A DNA stretch of 64,000 nucleotides. It comes from Octopus sinensis (taxonomy: Eukaryota). Every line of letters starts with the position of its first letter. Position 1 is the first letter of the stretch. Below are positions 1 to 12,704 of the stretch, in pieces. The DNA lies in the NCBI RefSeq assembly GCF_006345805.1, contig NC_043010.1, forward strand, positions 64,294,001 through 64,358,000. The letters are read 5' to 3'. The translations under genes and the position numbers were made by a program. The notes beneath the pieces were generated by a model, which was given only the letters and a program-made list of their open reading frames with translations, was not told where the DNA came from and made no database searches.

Positions 1-645
1 GTAAAGATGTCGCGCTCGGCAGGCAGGGAGTATCTGGTCAAGTTCTGGCAGATTGTCATCAAGCTATTGGTCAGGACCAAAGTCGCAGTCAAAAGTGCAA
101 AATAAAAAGAATGAAATGGGGAAAAGAAGTAAACTAAATAGTAATCGAATACTGGCTGAGAAGTGAGCCAAATAAAAGAGGCTTCATGAATCAAATAAAG
201 AGAATATTTGGAAGAAAGGAGGCTTTGAAGCATCCACCCTGTGACTGATAGACTAAACAAGAGTAATGTGTGGGGACGACTGGATTATGGCAGTAGAGAT
301 TGAAGAAATTCAGATAAACATAATAATATAATTAGCAGAAGGAGAGTGAAACAACGGTAGCAGAGAGCGGTATTGATGAAGGGTAAAACAAGGAAGAATA
401 TGAAACGGATGGAAAGAATTGACACAAAAAAAAAGCCAAATTAATAAAAAAATGATGATAAATGCAAAGGTTTCGAATAGCATAGACTGTTCCAATAAAA
501 TAGAAGACGTCTATATGAGGAAACAGAGGGATGCCAACATTAAGAACTGATTTGACATGCGGAAGAAAGTAAAGAATTTGGAGGAAGACTGTAGAAGAAG
601 CCGGCGAGATATAAAGAAAGCGCAGAGTGGCTAAGAAAAGTAGAA
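1..645 (+). mobile_element. Highly decayed R4/Dong-like non-LTR fragment (fuller copies about 39520-40310 and 59255-60045)
   Basis: Broken frames read FE*HRLFQ*NRR and ESKEFGGRL*..AEWL, resembling the pre-RT region of R4 ORFs. The 5' part (ctagtgatggtgtcacaataaaaatactgg) resembles the start of the R4 copy at 17729. Confidence 0.5.
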
Positions 646-932
646 AGGGTGTTTTGTTCAATATCCTTAAACAACCTTTATTCAGAGACCTTTTGAGCGG
701 GATGGGTTACTCGACCAGTAGAAAATTCTAACTGTGCCCCACCTGCAAGGTAATGCGCTGTTTATCTTGATATGAGATCACCATCTTGCGCACATATAGT
801 TGGAATGCATGTGCCTGGTGTACCCTTATCAGACGGGTAGTCATGATGGGTATACTGGGCTTCGTATATTTTACCCCAGTGTCACTTTGATGGCATGCAC
901 TGCTCTCTCACTCAATAATAATAATAATAATA
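646..932 (+). mobile_element. Non-coding (TAA)n-tailed retroposon 3' part (copies 16205-16393, 40310-40592, 60045-60360; longer copy 60554-61127)
   Basis: Recurrent block cttaaacaacc...cagacgggtagtcatgatg...gcactgctctctcactc always followed by (AAT)n. No coding potential seen. Confidence 0.65.
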
Positions 933-2298
933 ATGAAAATTGGCAGGAAAATCCACAAGCTACTAACTTGTAATAAGATGCACCATCCAAAGGCAGACGT
1001 GGATCGCCTTTACCTTCCCAGAGCTCAGGGAGGTCGAGGTTTGATCCAGCTTGAAACTTACATACAAAAGACCCACAATCGGACTGGCCAAATACCTTGA
1101 AAGCAACCAACGGTTGGATGCTAAAACTTGTTGAAAAACATGAAAGGGCCTAAAAAACTTCACTCTATTCTAAAAGAGAGCAAAAAATTGCTGCTGATCT
1201 CTTAGATACCACCAGATTGAGCAGGCTGAAGGAAATGCGCCAACTACAGCTGTAATTAAATAAAATTAATGCAAAAGACAAAAGCACATGAAAATTTAGC
1301 TAGCAGATGGGAAACAGAAACCTTTCCATGGCAAGTATGTGGCCCGTAGCAAACAAGCTATGTCCACCAGAAACACACGCACCAATGGTTACGAAGTTCA
1401 GGGCTAAAAGCAGAGAGTGAAGGTTTCATATTAGCTGCTGAAGACCAAAGCTTTTTTACCCGCAACTACCAAGCCAAAGTGTGATGAAAAATGGAGAGCG
1501 ACCCCAAAATGCCGATTCTGTAACGATGAGATGAAACAAAGACCACCCTAATCTCAGGGTGTTTAGAGTCTTAGCACCTGCAGAATATAAAGGCAAGACA
1601 TGACAGAGTCGGCCAGTATACAATGGAACAATATGTCGGCATTACAAAACAAAACCGCTGACAATTGGTATAAACATCATAATGAAGCTGTGACTGAGGG
1701 AGAAAACGTGTCGATTTATGGTCTTTCCCAGGCAGACCACAGGACTATAAAAGCTAATAAACCGGATATCATTATAAAAGATCAGACACAAAGGATGTGT
1801 TTATTCATTGATATGAGTATTCCTGTGATCACAATATAGCGGCGAACGAATTGAGAAGATTAGTAAATATAAAGACCTGCTAATGTAAATTGAAAAAAAT
1901 GTGGCATCTCAAGACGACTACAGTACCAGTGATTGTAGGATCTCTAGGAATGATACAAAAAAAGGTACTGAACCTATTTGAAAATGATTCCAGGTTTACC
2001 ATCCCTACAGGAAGTGCAAAAAAATGTATTAACTGGAACGGCTTATCTACTGAAGAAGACACTATCTGTGAATATAACATCCATCCATGAATTTATTTAT
2101 TTATTAATTTTTAAATACATATTTTATCTGTGAATTTGCGCCGTTGTAATCTGGGAATGCATACAATGCCCTTCTCTGCTCTAGGTGTATGGAAACACTC
2201 GGCGAGAAAACGATTTAGAAAAATTTGAAGAGAAAGAAGGAAAAAACATAATAATAATAATAATAATATAATAATAATAATAATAATAAATAATAATA
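933..2298 (+). mobile_element. 5'-truncated R4/Dong-clade non-LTR retrotransposon (C-terminal CCHC + REL endonuclease), frameshifted
   Basis: Same sequence as 16394-17728 with many 1-nt indels. Flanked by (TAA)n on both sides. Confidence 0.85.
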
Positions 2299-4064
2299 GG
2301 AAGCGATTGGAAACTTCCCATGTCCTGATTGATGGTACACTAGTGATGTGGAGGGGTGGTAACAATTAAAAAATGGTAAATGTGCAATCTGATAGATCGC
2401 TATCTCATATGAGGGACGATGAAAAATATTGTGAATAACGGTAGTAATGTGATAAAGATAGGGAAATAAGAAAAAAATCGTTGGTTCTCGGAAGTATTGC
2501 TCAAAGCTATCAAAAGACGGGGTATTGGGAAACAGCAGTAGAAGAGAGGAAACGATGATGAAAATGCTGTTCATACTGATAAAAGTAATCTCGTAGTAGA
2601 AAGCAGAGGTGAGATATCTAATAAACCACAGGAAAGGAACAGTGATAACTTGCTCGATGAGAGACATGAAATTCTGAAATACACGAGAACAAAAAAACAT
2701 TACACAGAAAAAAAAAATTTGATCAAGGCAGCAAGTATTTCTGTAGCAGAAAATGTAGATGATGATGTCAAGAAAAAGATATATAATGGGAGTGACAAAA
2801 GAAAAAAAAAATGGTAGAAAAGAAGAATACAGGTGGGGTTAAATATGCTCCCGAAAGACATTACTGGTGAAACCGAAAAGAGAAGAGGTTACTTAAAAAC
2901 GAAATAAAAATACATGACACCGAACAGGAAGTATGATACTGAAAGAAAGGGCCTGAAGTGGTAATAGAAGAAACTGAAACAGCACTTCATTGCAAAGAAA
3001 GCAAAGATGGTAAGATATGACCAAAGAATGAAGGGTTACCACCAGCATGGTTATTCAGAGTAGATCAGAAGAGATTCCATAAAGGAATAAATGGAGAATG
3101 TACAGATGAAAAGTTGATACCAGATAACAATGAAAGTCAAAGATGTTCGAGTGACATCTGGAGCAAAGATAAGGAGCACGAAAAGGATGCTGAATGGTTA
3201 TGGTTGCAAGAACTGAAACAAACAGTAGTCTGTCCAAAACAGACAGGACTAGTCATTTCAGTACGGAAAGTGAAGGAAATAAGCAAAAAAAAAAACAAAG
3301 AGCAACTGGAAGGCCCCGGGATCAGATGGAGTTCAAGGCTACTGGATCAAATGATTTGGTGAATGTTATGCATGAATAGCTGCACAAATCAACACCTTGT
3401 TAAATGCCGACCAAGTAACACCAGAGTGGTTGACATTGGGTAGGACAGTGCCGTGCTTGAAAAACATCGAAAAAGGTAATATGGTACACAACTACTGGCC
3501 AATATCTTGTTTGCCACTTACGTGGAAATTATTAACTGGAATACTCGCAGAGTAACAAAATTTGGAGTCATTGCCACATGAGCAGAAGGGTTGCAAGCGT
3601 AAGTGCAGAGGTACCAAGGATCAACTCCTGATAGACAAAACTGTTTTTAGAGACTGTAAGAGGAGGAAAAGTAACTTAGCCATGTCATGGATCGACTATC
3701 GTAAGGCGTACAATATGATCTACATTCTTGGATTATGGAATGTATGAACCTATTTGGTATTGCATCGAATGTTGAGCGATTGCTTGGAAAAAGTATGGTG
3801 AATTGGAGGACGGACCTGGCAGCATACGAAAGAAGTTTAGGGGAAAGTAGAAATCAGAAAAAGCATCTTCCAAGAGGACTGCCTGTCTCCATTGATCTTT
3901 GTACTGTGCTTGATACCACTAACGCTGATTCTCAGGAAAGCAAAAGCTGGGTATGTATTCAAAAGCCAGCAACAAATAGTCAACCACTTGTTATTCATGG
4001 ATGACCTCAAACTTTATGGTAAAGATGAAGCCCAAGTCAGTTCCCTCGTTGATACGATGTACTA
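2299..4064 (+). mobile_element. Decayed R4/Dong-clade element, 5' region to RT core
   Basis: [32 protein letters not shown] and NHLLFMDDLKLYGK motifs. Stops after ...VDTMY. Confidence 0.85.
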
Positions 4065-4518
4065 GGAAGTTGAGCGATTGCTGAGAGATTGGCTTTCTTA
4101 TTTATTTGTATATCATTGCTTTTGTTGTTGCTGATGATGTTATTTGCATTTAGGTAAACTCAGATCGAGAAGGCAGTCCCATGTTATTCAACCACTATTA
4201 CTGCTGTTGTTTATATTCTGATGAATCCTGACTGATTAGAAGATCTACGGTTATAGATATTCCACCCGTGGCCATCTTAGAGATATTAGGTCTACCATTG
4301 TTTAATGTTTCTTGTTTGTAGTCTAACAGGGTATGTTTGAGGAAGATTTGGTCGCTGTTACTAGCAGATCAATCGAAAATATTAGTTGGTTAAATGATTT
4401 CCTATTATGGTTGTCTTGGTCATCAGTCATTCATTGATTTTTTCCATCTTTTCATTTATGAAAGGAGTTTTTCTTTACCGTTTTACGCAATATAAGGTAT
4501 AATACGTTTGTTTTATAG

Positions 4519-4651
4519 TCTGCGATAAAGGCACATATGGACTACATTGCAACAAAAATGTAATTGTATTGATGATGACAACTGCAACCGATTCATGGTG
4601 CATGTCCTAGAGGCTGTGCAACTGGATACACGGGTTCCGACTGTCAGGAAC
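4519..4651 (+). CDS. EGF-like exon A1 (frameshifted copy of A2; pseudo-exon or consensus error)
   Basis: AG acceptor at 4517-4518 and GTAAGT donor at 4652. 133 nt versus 135 nt in A2, from two single-C deletions (aacaaaa[c]atgt, caac[c]cgatt). Otherwise one silent difference from A2. Confidence 0.75.
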
Positions 4652-5562
4652 GTAAGTATACGTCTATACTAATAATCAAACTAAAACCCCACACTCACAC
4701 ACATGATTGTTCTTAACTTTAATTAAGTGGGATACAGTGCATAAACCTCATTAAAAATTTTTTTCTATTTGATATTGAAATGTCTTACTTAAAATTTTGA
4801 TTGTTATAATCTTACTTTAACAATGTCTATCTCACCTATATACACGTATTGTATATAGGTATTGTATATATACATGTATTGTATATACATGTATTGATTA
4901 ATTCAAGTTGTCATACTCTCTACAAGAGCATAAGTATATAAATACTTATTTTGCTAAGTATTGAGTTATGTTGAACTAGCACTATGACCCGGCAACGCCG
5001 GGTCATAGTGCTAGTGCATGCATATACAGCTGCGTGCGTGCACACATACACGCGAGTACTGTCCAAATCTCCGACCAATCACATACAGCTAGCTGGCATT
5101 CAATTGGCATATCAAGTTTCGGGCATTTTGATTGGTTTTGGAAAGAAAATTCACAAAAAAGTCACTTCTATTGATTTTTTAATGGCTTTACAGGGTGACT
5201 GGGGAAATGTAAAGATGTGCTCGACTACCCTTGGACGGTTTTGAATGACCATAGAAAGTGCGAGCCCTCTAACTGAAAAATTGTGGATTTGTATAAAGGA
5301 CACGCACGCAGACATTTTGCCGTTTATATATATAGAGATTATTAATGAAAACTGAGGGAAGTAAATGTGAACAACAGACATGTTTAACATCCTAGAATTT
5401 GTGGAAGTAAAACCCACACAGGTAAAGTTACCTCTCCGTATCTAATGCACTCAGTACATAAATATCTTAATGATGATAAAGATGATCATGTTGTTGTTGT
5501 TGTTGTTCGTCTTCTTCTTCTTCTACTTCTCCTCCTCTCTTCCTCCTTCTTCTTCTTTACGT

Positions 5563-5697
5563 TCAAATTACTCCCAAGTCGACTTTGCCTTTTATCCTTT
5601 CAGGGTCGATAAAGTAAGTAGTCGTTGAGTACTGAGGTCGATGAAATCAACTCATCACCTACCCCAAACTTGCTGCCCTTGTTGCAAAATCATCATC

Positions 5698-5729
<32 letters not shown>

Positions 5730-5730
5730 C

Positions 5731-5798
<68 letters not shown>

Positions 5799-6012
5799 GG
5801 CGAGCTGGTAGAATCATTCGTATGCCGAGTAAAATACTAAGCAGCATTTTCGTTCGACCTTATGTTCTGAGTTCAAATTCCGTCGAAGTCGATTTGCCAT
5901 TTCATCATTTCGTGGTCAATAAATTAAGTATCAGTTGAACACTGGGGTCGATATTTACTCCCTTCCCCGATCTTGCTGGCCTTGTGCCTAAATTTGAAAT
6001 AATCATTATCAT
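5563..6012 (+). mobile_element. Two tandem tRNA-derived SINE copies (3' fragment + near-full copy from 5799) separated by (CAT)/(ATT)n; copies about 24113-24530 and 46090-46560
   Basis: Head GGCGAGCTGGTAGAATC with B-box-like GTTCAAATTCC. Core gtcgactttgcc...ggtcgataaa that I recognise as an abundant Octopus repeat. Confidence 0.75.
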
Positions 6013-6019
6013 TATAGCA

Positions 6020-7790
6020 AATGCATATATCGCCTCGGTGGTGTACTATCACCTAACTATCGTACCTGTCCTAAGACAACCTAGACCAGATTGGAGCTCT
6101 TACTTTTTTGATTGTTATGGTCAGAAAAACCAATTGATGCCGGCATTCACACTGTGGTGGTCTTGGGATGACATCTTTGAGGATGAGGTGCCAAGTCTTA
6201 AAGCTGTATCACCTATAGAGATACATAAATCACAGCGATGATGTGAACAACAGCAGAGAAAATAAGAACGAGCTTTTCTGCAGCATTTCTTGTTGACAAA
6301 ACTCTAGTCGTGGATCAAACGAAGACCAAAGTTGAGTATTTGGCATCTAGAATATTGCCAGGAACTCATTGAATTGCATTAGCTGCACAAAACTGTTAAC
6401 GGGAAAACACATCAAGATTTCTCGGGCGTTGGGCTAGTTGAGGGTGTGAGCGATGATGGTTTAGGATTGAATCTAGGCCTGGACAGAAGATCTTCGGGTC
6501 GAAGATCATGGACACTTTCTAAAAGTCTTTGGTATAGCAGTACTACAGTGAGACATTGCCTGTTAGAGAATAACTCTTCAGGCATGGAAGATCCAACAGC
6601 CGAGCCTGCTTGAGGTGCATGCAGGGGGCCGAAACCGTCTTGCATGGAATAATTCAGTGTCCGTACATTGGATAAAGAAATAATATCCGACATTCAGCAC
6701 ATCTCGAGAGCCAAGCAATTTGTGGGTATTTGATTGCTCTTCAAGATTGAAGTTCTGGCCGTCAAATACTCTGTGGCTCCCTGTCGGAGCGAAAAACATC
6801 TTCTCTATCCATCGTATTTGGAAGGTGGACTGTGAGAGTGAAGATCTCAAGAATTCCACCTGAGTTAAATTTATGGTGGATTTTAGCGTGCGTCGTATTA
6901 TGAGGGCATAACAACCGCCTGGATGTGAAGGGAAACCGTCGTGGAAATTGGTCTGGGATTAGTGTGAAGGTACTACTCTACATTAAACCAGACACAATCC
7001 ACAAGATCCCAGATCTCTTTGGTATTCTTGGAGAAGAATTACTGCATCTTACAGTTGATGTTAGAAGGCCATGGCACCACCTACGTGGAGGTTGGGGGGT
7101 TGGCCACTTGAAAGCTTTCTCTTCTAAACAGAAGATAGGGAACAATAGGGCCTACTTATTGTCAATACCAGGTCCCCATAGGCCACAAGTCAGCTATCAG
7201 CGAACAACAATAAAGGCTGCAACAACTCTGGAAACAACAGCATCATCAACAAGAACAACAAAATCAGCAAATGCTGGAAGAAACCAAGGAATACAACAAC
7301 ATCAACAATACCAATAACGGGAGTAACAGACGCACCACCACCACCACCCTCAGCAGAAAGAATAATTATAACGTACACCCGACACTCAGGGTGTCCCTTT
7401 CAACGAAGCCCGGCCTCTCCTGTCCCCACTCCATCTCCTTTAAGGTCAAATACATACAGACTTGCACTCTGATTCTACAGATACTGATACCTCTGCAACA
7501 CAAAGTGAAAACGAGGGAGAAACCCCACCTGAAAAAGAAATATAAAAAGCATAAAGTATCATTCCCCTCGCCAACGCACGCCAAAATCCTCGAAAATATG
7601 CTCACAACATCCACAAATACACCTACAGCAACGCCAACCTCTCTTGTACTACAATTACCAATACATCCACTGCTATTACAACCATCTCCACCAATACTAG
7701 CAGCACTGCAACACTTCACAAAAAGAAAACACCCCAAGTAATAACAACCAATCACAAACACAAAACTTAGTGCTAGTTAGGATGGCTCTC
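6020..7790 (+). mobile_element. L1/Tx1-clade fragments (ORF2 C-terminal zinc finger, then ORF1-like low-complexity region); copies about 24540-26880 and 46570-48320
   Basis: CFRCMQGDETILHAIIQCP (25124-25180), a C-x2-C-x8-H-x4-C finger. Degenerate DVRRPWHHLRG..GHLKAF knuckle followed by a Q/N/T-rich tract. Confidence 0.6.
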
Positions 7791-7991
7791 ACAGCACGAA
7801 GAAAAGAAATATATATATATATCCATTTATATACATATATATATATACATTTTTTTTCTCTCCCTGTTTTTTCTGTAGAAGAGCATTGGCTCGAAACGTA
7901 AACGATTTTTTCTATTCCTGTGTGTTATACTAATACATCTGCTTGTTTTGTACACCACCTGTCTTCGTCTTTTGTTTATTTCGTAAACTCT

Positions 7992-8039
<48 letters not shown>

Positions 8040-8089
8040 TGAGAGAGAGAGAGAGAGGGTGTGAGAGGGTAAGTTCATCGGCGCCACCA

Positions 8090-8668
8090 CCGTTCTAGTG
8101 ACAGAAACATTAATGATAGTGCGTATGACTGTGGAAATATTTAAAAGCAATAGGGAACTCCTAATGTAAAATCTACGGATTGGCAACTCCTAATGTAAAA
8201 GCCATGAGTAGGCTTTTAAAGGGGTTCCCAAAGGAACCCAAATATATATGGAAGTTGAACCACCTGACCTTCAGTGGTACTTGGTGTGTATGTAGGCCTA
8301 AGTTTTTCTTCAAGCTCTTTCCGATCATCATGGTGGGCTTAAGAGTGAGTTGTACAAACGTTCAAGACTTGTGGTCGCCCTGGAACCAAGGTCATCTGCT
8401 CAACGACCTCAGGTTACTAACGACGGATGTGAAGGCCGTCAGCGAAACCAGGACTTCTGACGCAGCGATCTAAAACCTATTTTCGACAATTTTAAGATTA
8501 ACGCATCTTTTGGCTTGGAATGGGAAAAAGAGCGGCAGTGCTGTTTAGCAAAGGCCTGCATTTCGAGGTACGGCAGATCCTCCTGGGCCCGGATGGTAAG
8601 TTGATGGCCCTAGATGTAAGCAATAGCGAAGGTAGTGTTTTTAGATTTGTCGCTCTGTACATTCCAAC
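8090..8668 (+). mobile_element. L1/Tx1-type AP-endonuclease N-terminal fragment (copies about 27280-27862 and 48710-49295)
   Basis: TNVHDLWSPWKQGYLLNDL..VSET and GAAVLFSKGL..GPDGKLMALDV..FRLVALYIP motifs. Confidence 0.7.
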
Positions 8669-10500
8669 TGTTTCACTAATGGTAACCACATCTAAATCAA
8701 GAATTTTTCGCTGAGTGTTTTTAAAAGTCTGAGGACATTTTAACTAATAATCTGTCCTTCGGAGTTTGAAGATGAAATCCTTAAATTCCTTTCCCTGTGT
8801 CGTAGTTTTGATTTTATTTTCATTTACAAAATCCATCAATTCACTGTTGCATTTGTTCACAAAGTGAAATTGATGAATACATTTCACCTAAAATTGAAAG
8901 TATTTTCTTGTTTTTGCAGTTTCATTATTGGCTGTTTCTATGTTTTCAAGTTATTGTTGAAGATGCTCCTGTTTTTGTAAAAGTTGTCGTTGTTATTTTT
9001 GTTGGAGTGGTTGCGAATTGGGTTGCAGTAGTGGTGTTTGACTTTCGTCTTGCTGTGTTCTTGAGCAGGTGTATGTACTTTCCTCCCCATTCGTCTCTTC
9101 CTGTTTGTCACAGTGATACATTATTCGGTCTGCTCTTCTCTCTCCATATCATTGCTGTTGATGTTGGTTCGGGAGGCAGGACGTCCAGGTGAAGCTTGAT
9201 TTCCATGGTAGCCGGGAGTAGACTTCTTTGTATTGGTGTGGGCGAAGGAATCTTGAGCACGTCTCCATGATTTTGTGTTTGTGGTGTTGGTAGCAGTGGG
9301 AGTTTTGTTTTCCTTGCTTGAGGGCAGAAAGCCTTTAAATGAGTCATATATATGGCATCTTGGTTTTCTACCCTCCATTAACACTGACAGGTGAGTACCA
9401 TCCGGGAGGCCCATTAGGTTAGGTAGCTCTTCGATATAGGATTGCATACATTGTAATGTTAGTTTCATACCTATACATGACCAGTTTTGTTGAGGTATTT
9501 TCTTTACCTCCAAGATAGTCACGTTGTCTTCCTCTATTCTTGCCAAGACGGCGGCCACTAACCATCTGGCGATGGATATTTCTGGCGATATTTCACGTTC
9601 ATCACCACAACTTTAGCAAGGTGTTAGCTGCAATAGCTTCAATCGTCCCAAATTTCTTTCCTCGGATGATGTGGGTCTTCTGTTGTCACGCGCATTCAAA
9701 GCATTTCTGGATTTAGCTGTCAGAAACATTTTTCATTCGGAGCGATTTTACTCCAATGCAGCAGTATGTAACCGAGTATCTTAAGATGTTTCCGATCACG
9801 TCTAGTGGAGAGTTTTGGGCAACTTTTCTTCCATTTCTTTGAACGATTTTTTGGGCCAATTTCAATTCTTCTTCGTCGATGGGGAAATCTTCAAGATTTC
9901 TCGTAGCATTTACAAAAAAAAAAATAAATAAAATAAAAAAAATCCTAATTCCAGGATTCCTTGCTGCTTTAGCGGCTGCAGCGGAGACTGTTGTGGCGTC
10001 TATGGCGGTAGTGATGTTCACGTTTCCTTTAAAATTTTCTTTTTTTATCTTTCCTTCTTTAACTTTCACTTCGTTATCATTAGTATTGCTGTTGACGTTG
10101 TTGTTGTCGTCATCGTCGCCGTCGTCTTCGTATGTTTTCTTTAATTGCTACTTCACTGTTTCAGCATTGTTTAGAGACGAAGATGTATTCAACACGGTTT
10201 TCTTTTTCACTGGCTTGGTGGTCACATACTGTAGTCAATGGTATGCCAGTATTCTCTTTTTTCTCCGACAAGGAACGCATCCCGTCTTCGAACATTATAA
10301 TGACTTCTTTATCAGCCATGTTTCAATATATATGGAAAATAAGAAAATATTTGTCTTCTCCATTAGTTGGCAAAAAAAAAAAAAATTAATGCGCATCTCC
10401 CGCAAAACAGAATGCATTACTAAGCAAAAATACTATTCGCACAGTCCAGGCAATGTCAGAAACAAGGTGGTGATAAAAGAAACGAAAGAACGGTGCCTTA
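8669..10500 (-). mobile_element. 5' part of an L1/Tx1-type element (ORF1 and start of APE); copies about 27863-29960 and 49296-51370
   Basis: ORF1-like LPNLMGLPDGTHLSVLMEGRKPRCHIC. APE start NVRGLGSAWKQGHLLNDLRFLDLDVVTISET (27686..27958, 49120..49392). Confidence 0.65.
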
Positions 10501-10513
10501 GAATTCCGAAAAA

Positions 10514-10514
<1 letters not shown>

Positions 10515-10590
<76 letters not shown>
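10515..10590. repeat. (TTA)n(TAA)n inverted microsatellite; longer copy 29964-30128
   Basis: Read directly from sequence. Confidence 0.95.
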
Positions 10591-12400
10591 TGTGTACAGT
10601 GCTCAGGTGCACTACAACTCATCTAAAGTGTATATATAATCAGGTGTAGTTTCGGCGGATTTTGGAAAGCATGAGGGCCTTAAATGATGCAGTGTCATGG
10701 CAGTCAACAACTGACGCAGGCAGTTTATTCCATGCTTCAGCAACTCTGAGCGTCAAAAAATGTTTCCGAAAGTCATAGGAGCTGTGTTGTTTTCTGACTT
10801 TGTAGGCATGTCCACGTGTGTTAGACACATGGAGATCAAAAAGGTGTTCAGTGTTGTTGTTGGTGAGGTGGTTGATAACTTTGTGGGGTGTTTACCAAGT
10901 CCGTCGCCGACGCTGGAGCTTCAGTGAATCCATGCCCAGGGAAACAAAGCGCTCAGAATATGGTAGGTGTCTGATGGAGGGTATGCGTTTGGTTGCACGT
11001 CTCTGGACAGATTCCAGGAGGTCAATGTTCTGAGCAAGATAGGGGTTCCAAACTGATGATGCGAATTCCAAGTGTGGTCGTACCATAGCTGTATACAGTT
11101 TTAAATAGATGGCTGGAGAGCGGCTAAGAAAAGTCTTGCTGAGTGATGCCAAGACACCCTCGGCCTTCTTGACAATTTTAGAGATATGCTTTGTCCAACG
11201 CAAATCACTGCTGACAGTGATGCCTAGGTCATGCTCGCAGGAGGATTTCTTGATATCAGTGTTGTGGAGGGAGTATGTGGACGCAGGGTTTTTTCTCCCA
11301 AAATGCATGGTGGTACACTTGTCCACAGCCAGTTTCAGTTGCCAGTCTGTGATCCATTCCTGCATTGTGTCTAGGTCTGATTGCAGGAAAGAGTCGTAGA
11401 CATCAGGATCTCTCCTCTTGATTTCAAGGTACAGCTTGATGTCGTCTGCATATTTCAATACTGTGGCATTCTTTAAATTGGCATCTATGTCATTAATGTA
11501 TGCCACAAACAAGAAGGGACCAAGGACAGATCCCTGTGGTACACCCGATGACATCTCATATGGTGTAGAATGCTGTCCTAGAACTGTGACTACCTCCTTT
11601 CGGCTGAGAATGAAGGATTTCAACCGGTTAAAAAGGTCATCCCTCACACCCATTGCAGAGAGTTTCACCATAAGCCTTTTGTGTGGCACAGAGTTGAAAG
11701 CCTTAGCAAAGTCAAGGTAGACAACATCCACCCATGAGCCACTGTCAGTGATCTGAGTAATGTCCTCAAGGAACTCGACAAGCTGATCACTGCAGCTGGA
11801 GTTAGGGACAAATCCATATTGTGAGGCTCGGATGAGACTGTGAGAGCTCCAGAAGTTCCAGAGTGTTTCTCTGACACACGATTCCATCAGTTTTGCAATA
11901 CAGCTAGTGAGACTGACTGGGCAATAGTTGACAGGTGATGTGCGGTCGCCCTTTTTGAACAGAGAAATGACACTGGCAGTTTTCCACTGCTCCGGAGTAG
12001 CACCATTGTTGAGACATTACTGGAAGAAAATAGAAAGCTGGTATAAAAGGAAGTACCTGCCACGTTTGAGAAGCAGGTATGTAACTCCATCAAGACCAGG
12101 AGAGGCATAGTTGCACTTATTTTGAAGGTGACATCGCAGCATTGCAGGTGTAAATTCCATAGTTGTTATGGAATTTGCTGTTAGTGATGGTGAAGATGGT
12201 ACATTTTGACTTTCAACAGTGAATATGTTTGAATAGCACTCGGCAATGAGTTCTGCGCGTTCCTTGGGGTCGTCAGTGATCTGGTTTGTGTGAGGGTTGC
12301 GAAGAGGGCCCACTGGAGAGTGAGGTCTCTGCTTTGAATGCACATATATCCAGAAAACCTTGCTGTCAGGATTGGCTGCTATGCACTGTTCAAATTCAAG
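10590..12400 (-). mobile_element. 5'-truncated CR1-clade LINE, frameshifted copy
   Basis: YLDFAKAFNSVPH, GVPQGSVLGP, KYADD and VRPHLEFASSVWNP motifs split over ORFs 12017..12403, 10892..11887 and 10640..10828. (ATT)n tail. Confidence 0.9.
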
Positions 12401-12614
12401 CACTACTACAACTTACTGAGCTTCGAGGTACCGTGTCTCCTTAGTAGGGCGGCCATAAAAATTATACTTACTACTACTACTACTACACATTTTAACATCA
12501 TGACCTACTCCTTGGCTGCCTTTAGAAGTAACCACTCTGTTGCATTCCGGATCGTCTCTGCTCTGAGGATAAATTACCCCGTATCTTCCACCAGTTTTTG
12601 AATTCCTCCTGCTA

Positions 12615-12626
12615 TTGCTGCTGCTG

Positions 12627-12703
<77 letters not shown>
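12615..12703. repeat. (CTG)n/(CTA)n microsatellite (also about 32150-32240 and 51598-51660)
   Basis: Read directly; source of the poly-L/S/Y ORFs. Confidence 0.95.

Positions 12704-12704
<1 letters not shown>

Larger units (their letters stand above)
1..4518 (+). repeat. 3' end of an upstream tandem unit (C-A intron)
   Basis: Position 1 (gtaaagatgtcgcgctcggc) recurs at 39657 and 59391 with colinear downstream sequence. Confidence 0.9.

Noticed and set aside
4845-4900. Short tandem gtattgtatatacat repeats downstream of each exon A as a splicing element
   Set aside because: Low-complexity AT-rich repeat with variable copy number; no evidence of function from sequence.
5799-5875. tRNA gene
   Set aside because: Only degenerate A/B-box-like head, continuing into SINE core and tail; no convincing cloverleaf.
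9879-10562. 227-aa hydrophobic ORF (also 29275..29787, 50741..51283) as a membrane protein
   Set aside because: Antisense to the K/E/N-rich Tx1 ORF1 and 5' region, ends in a (TTA)n poly-Leu run, and its length is not conserved between units.
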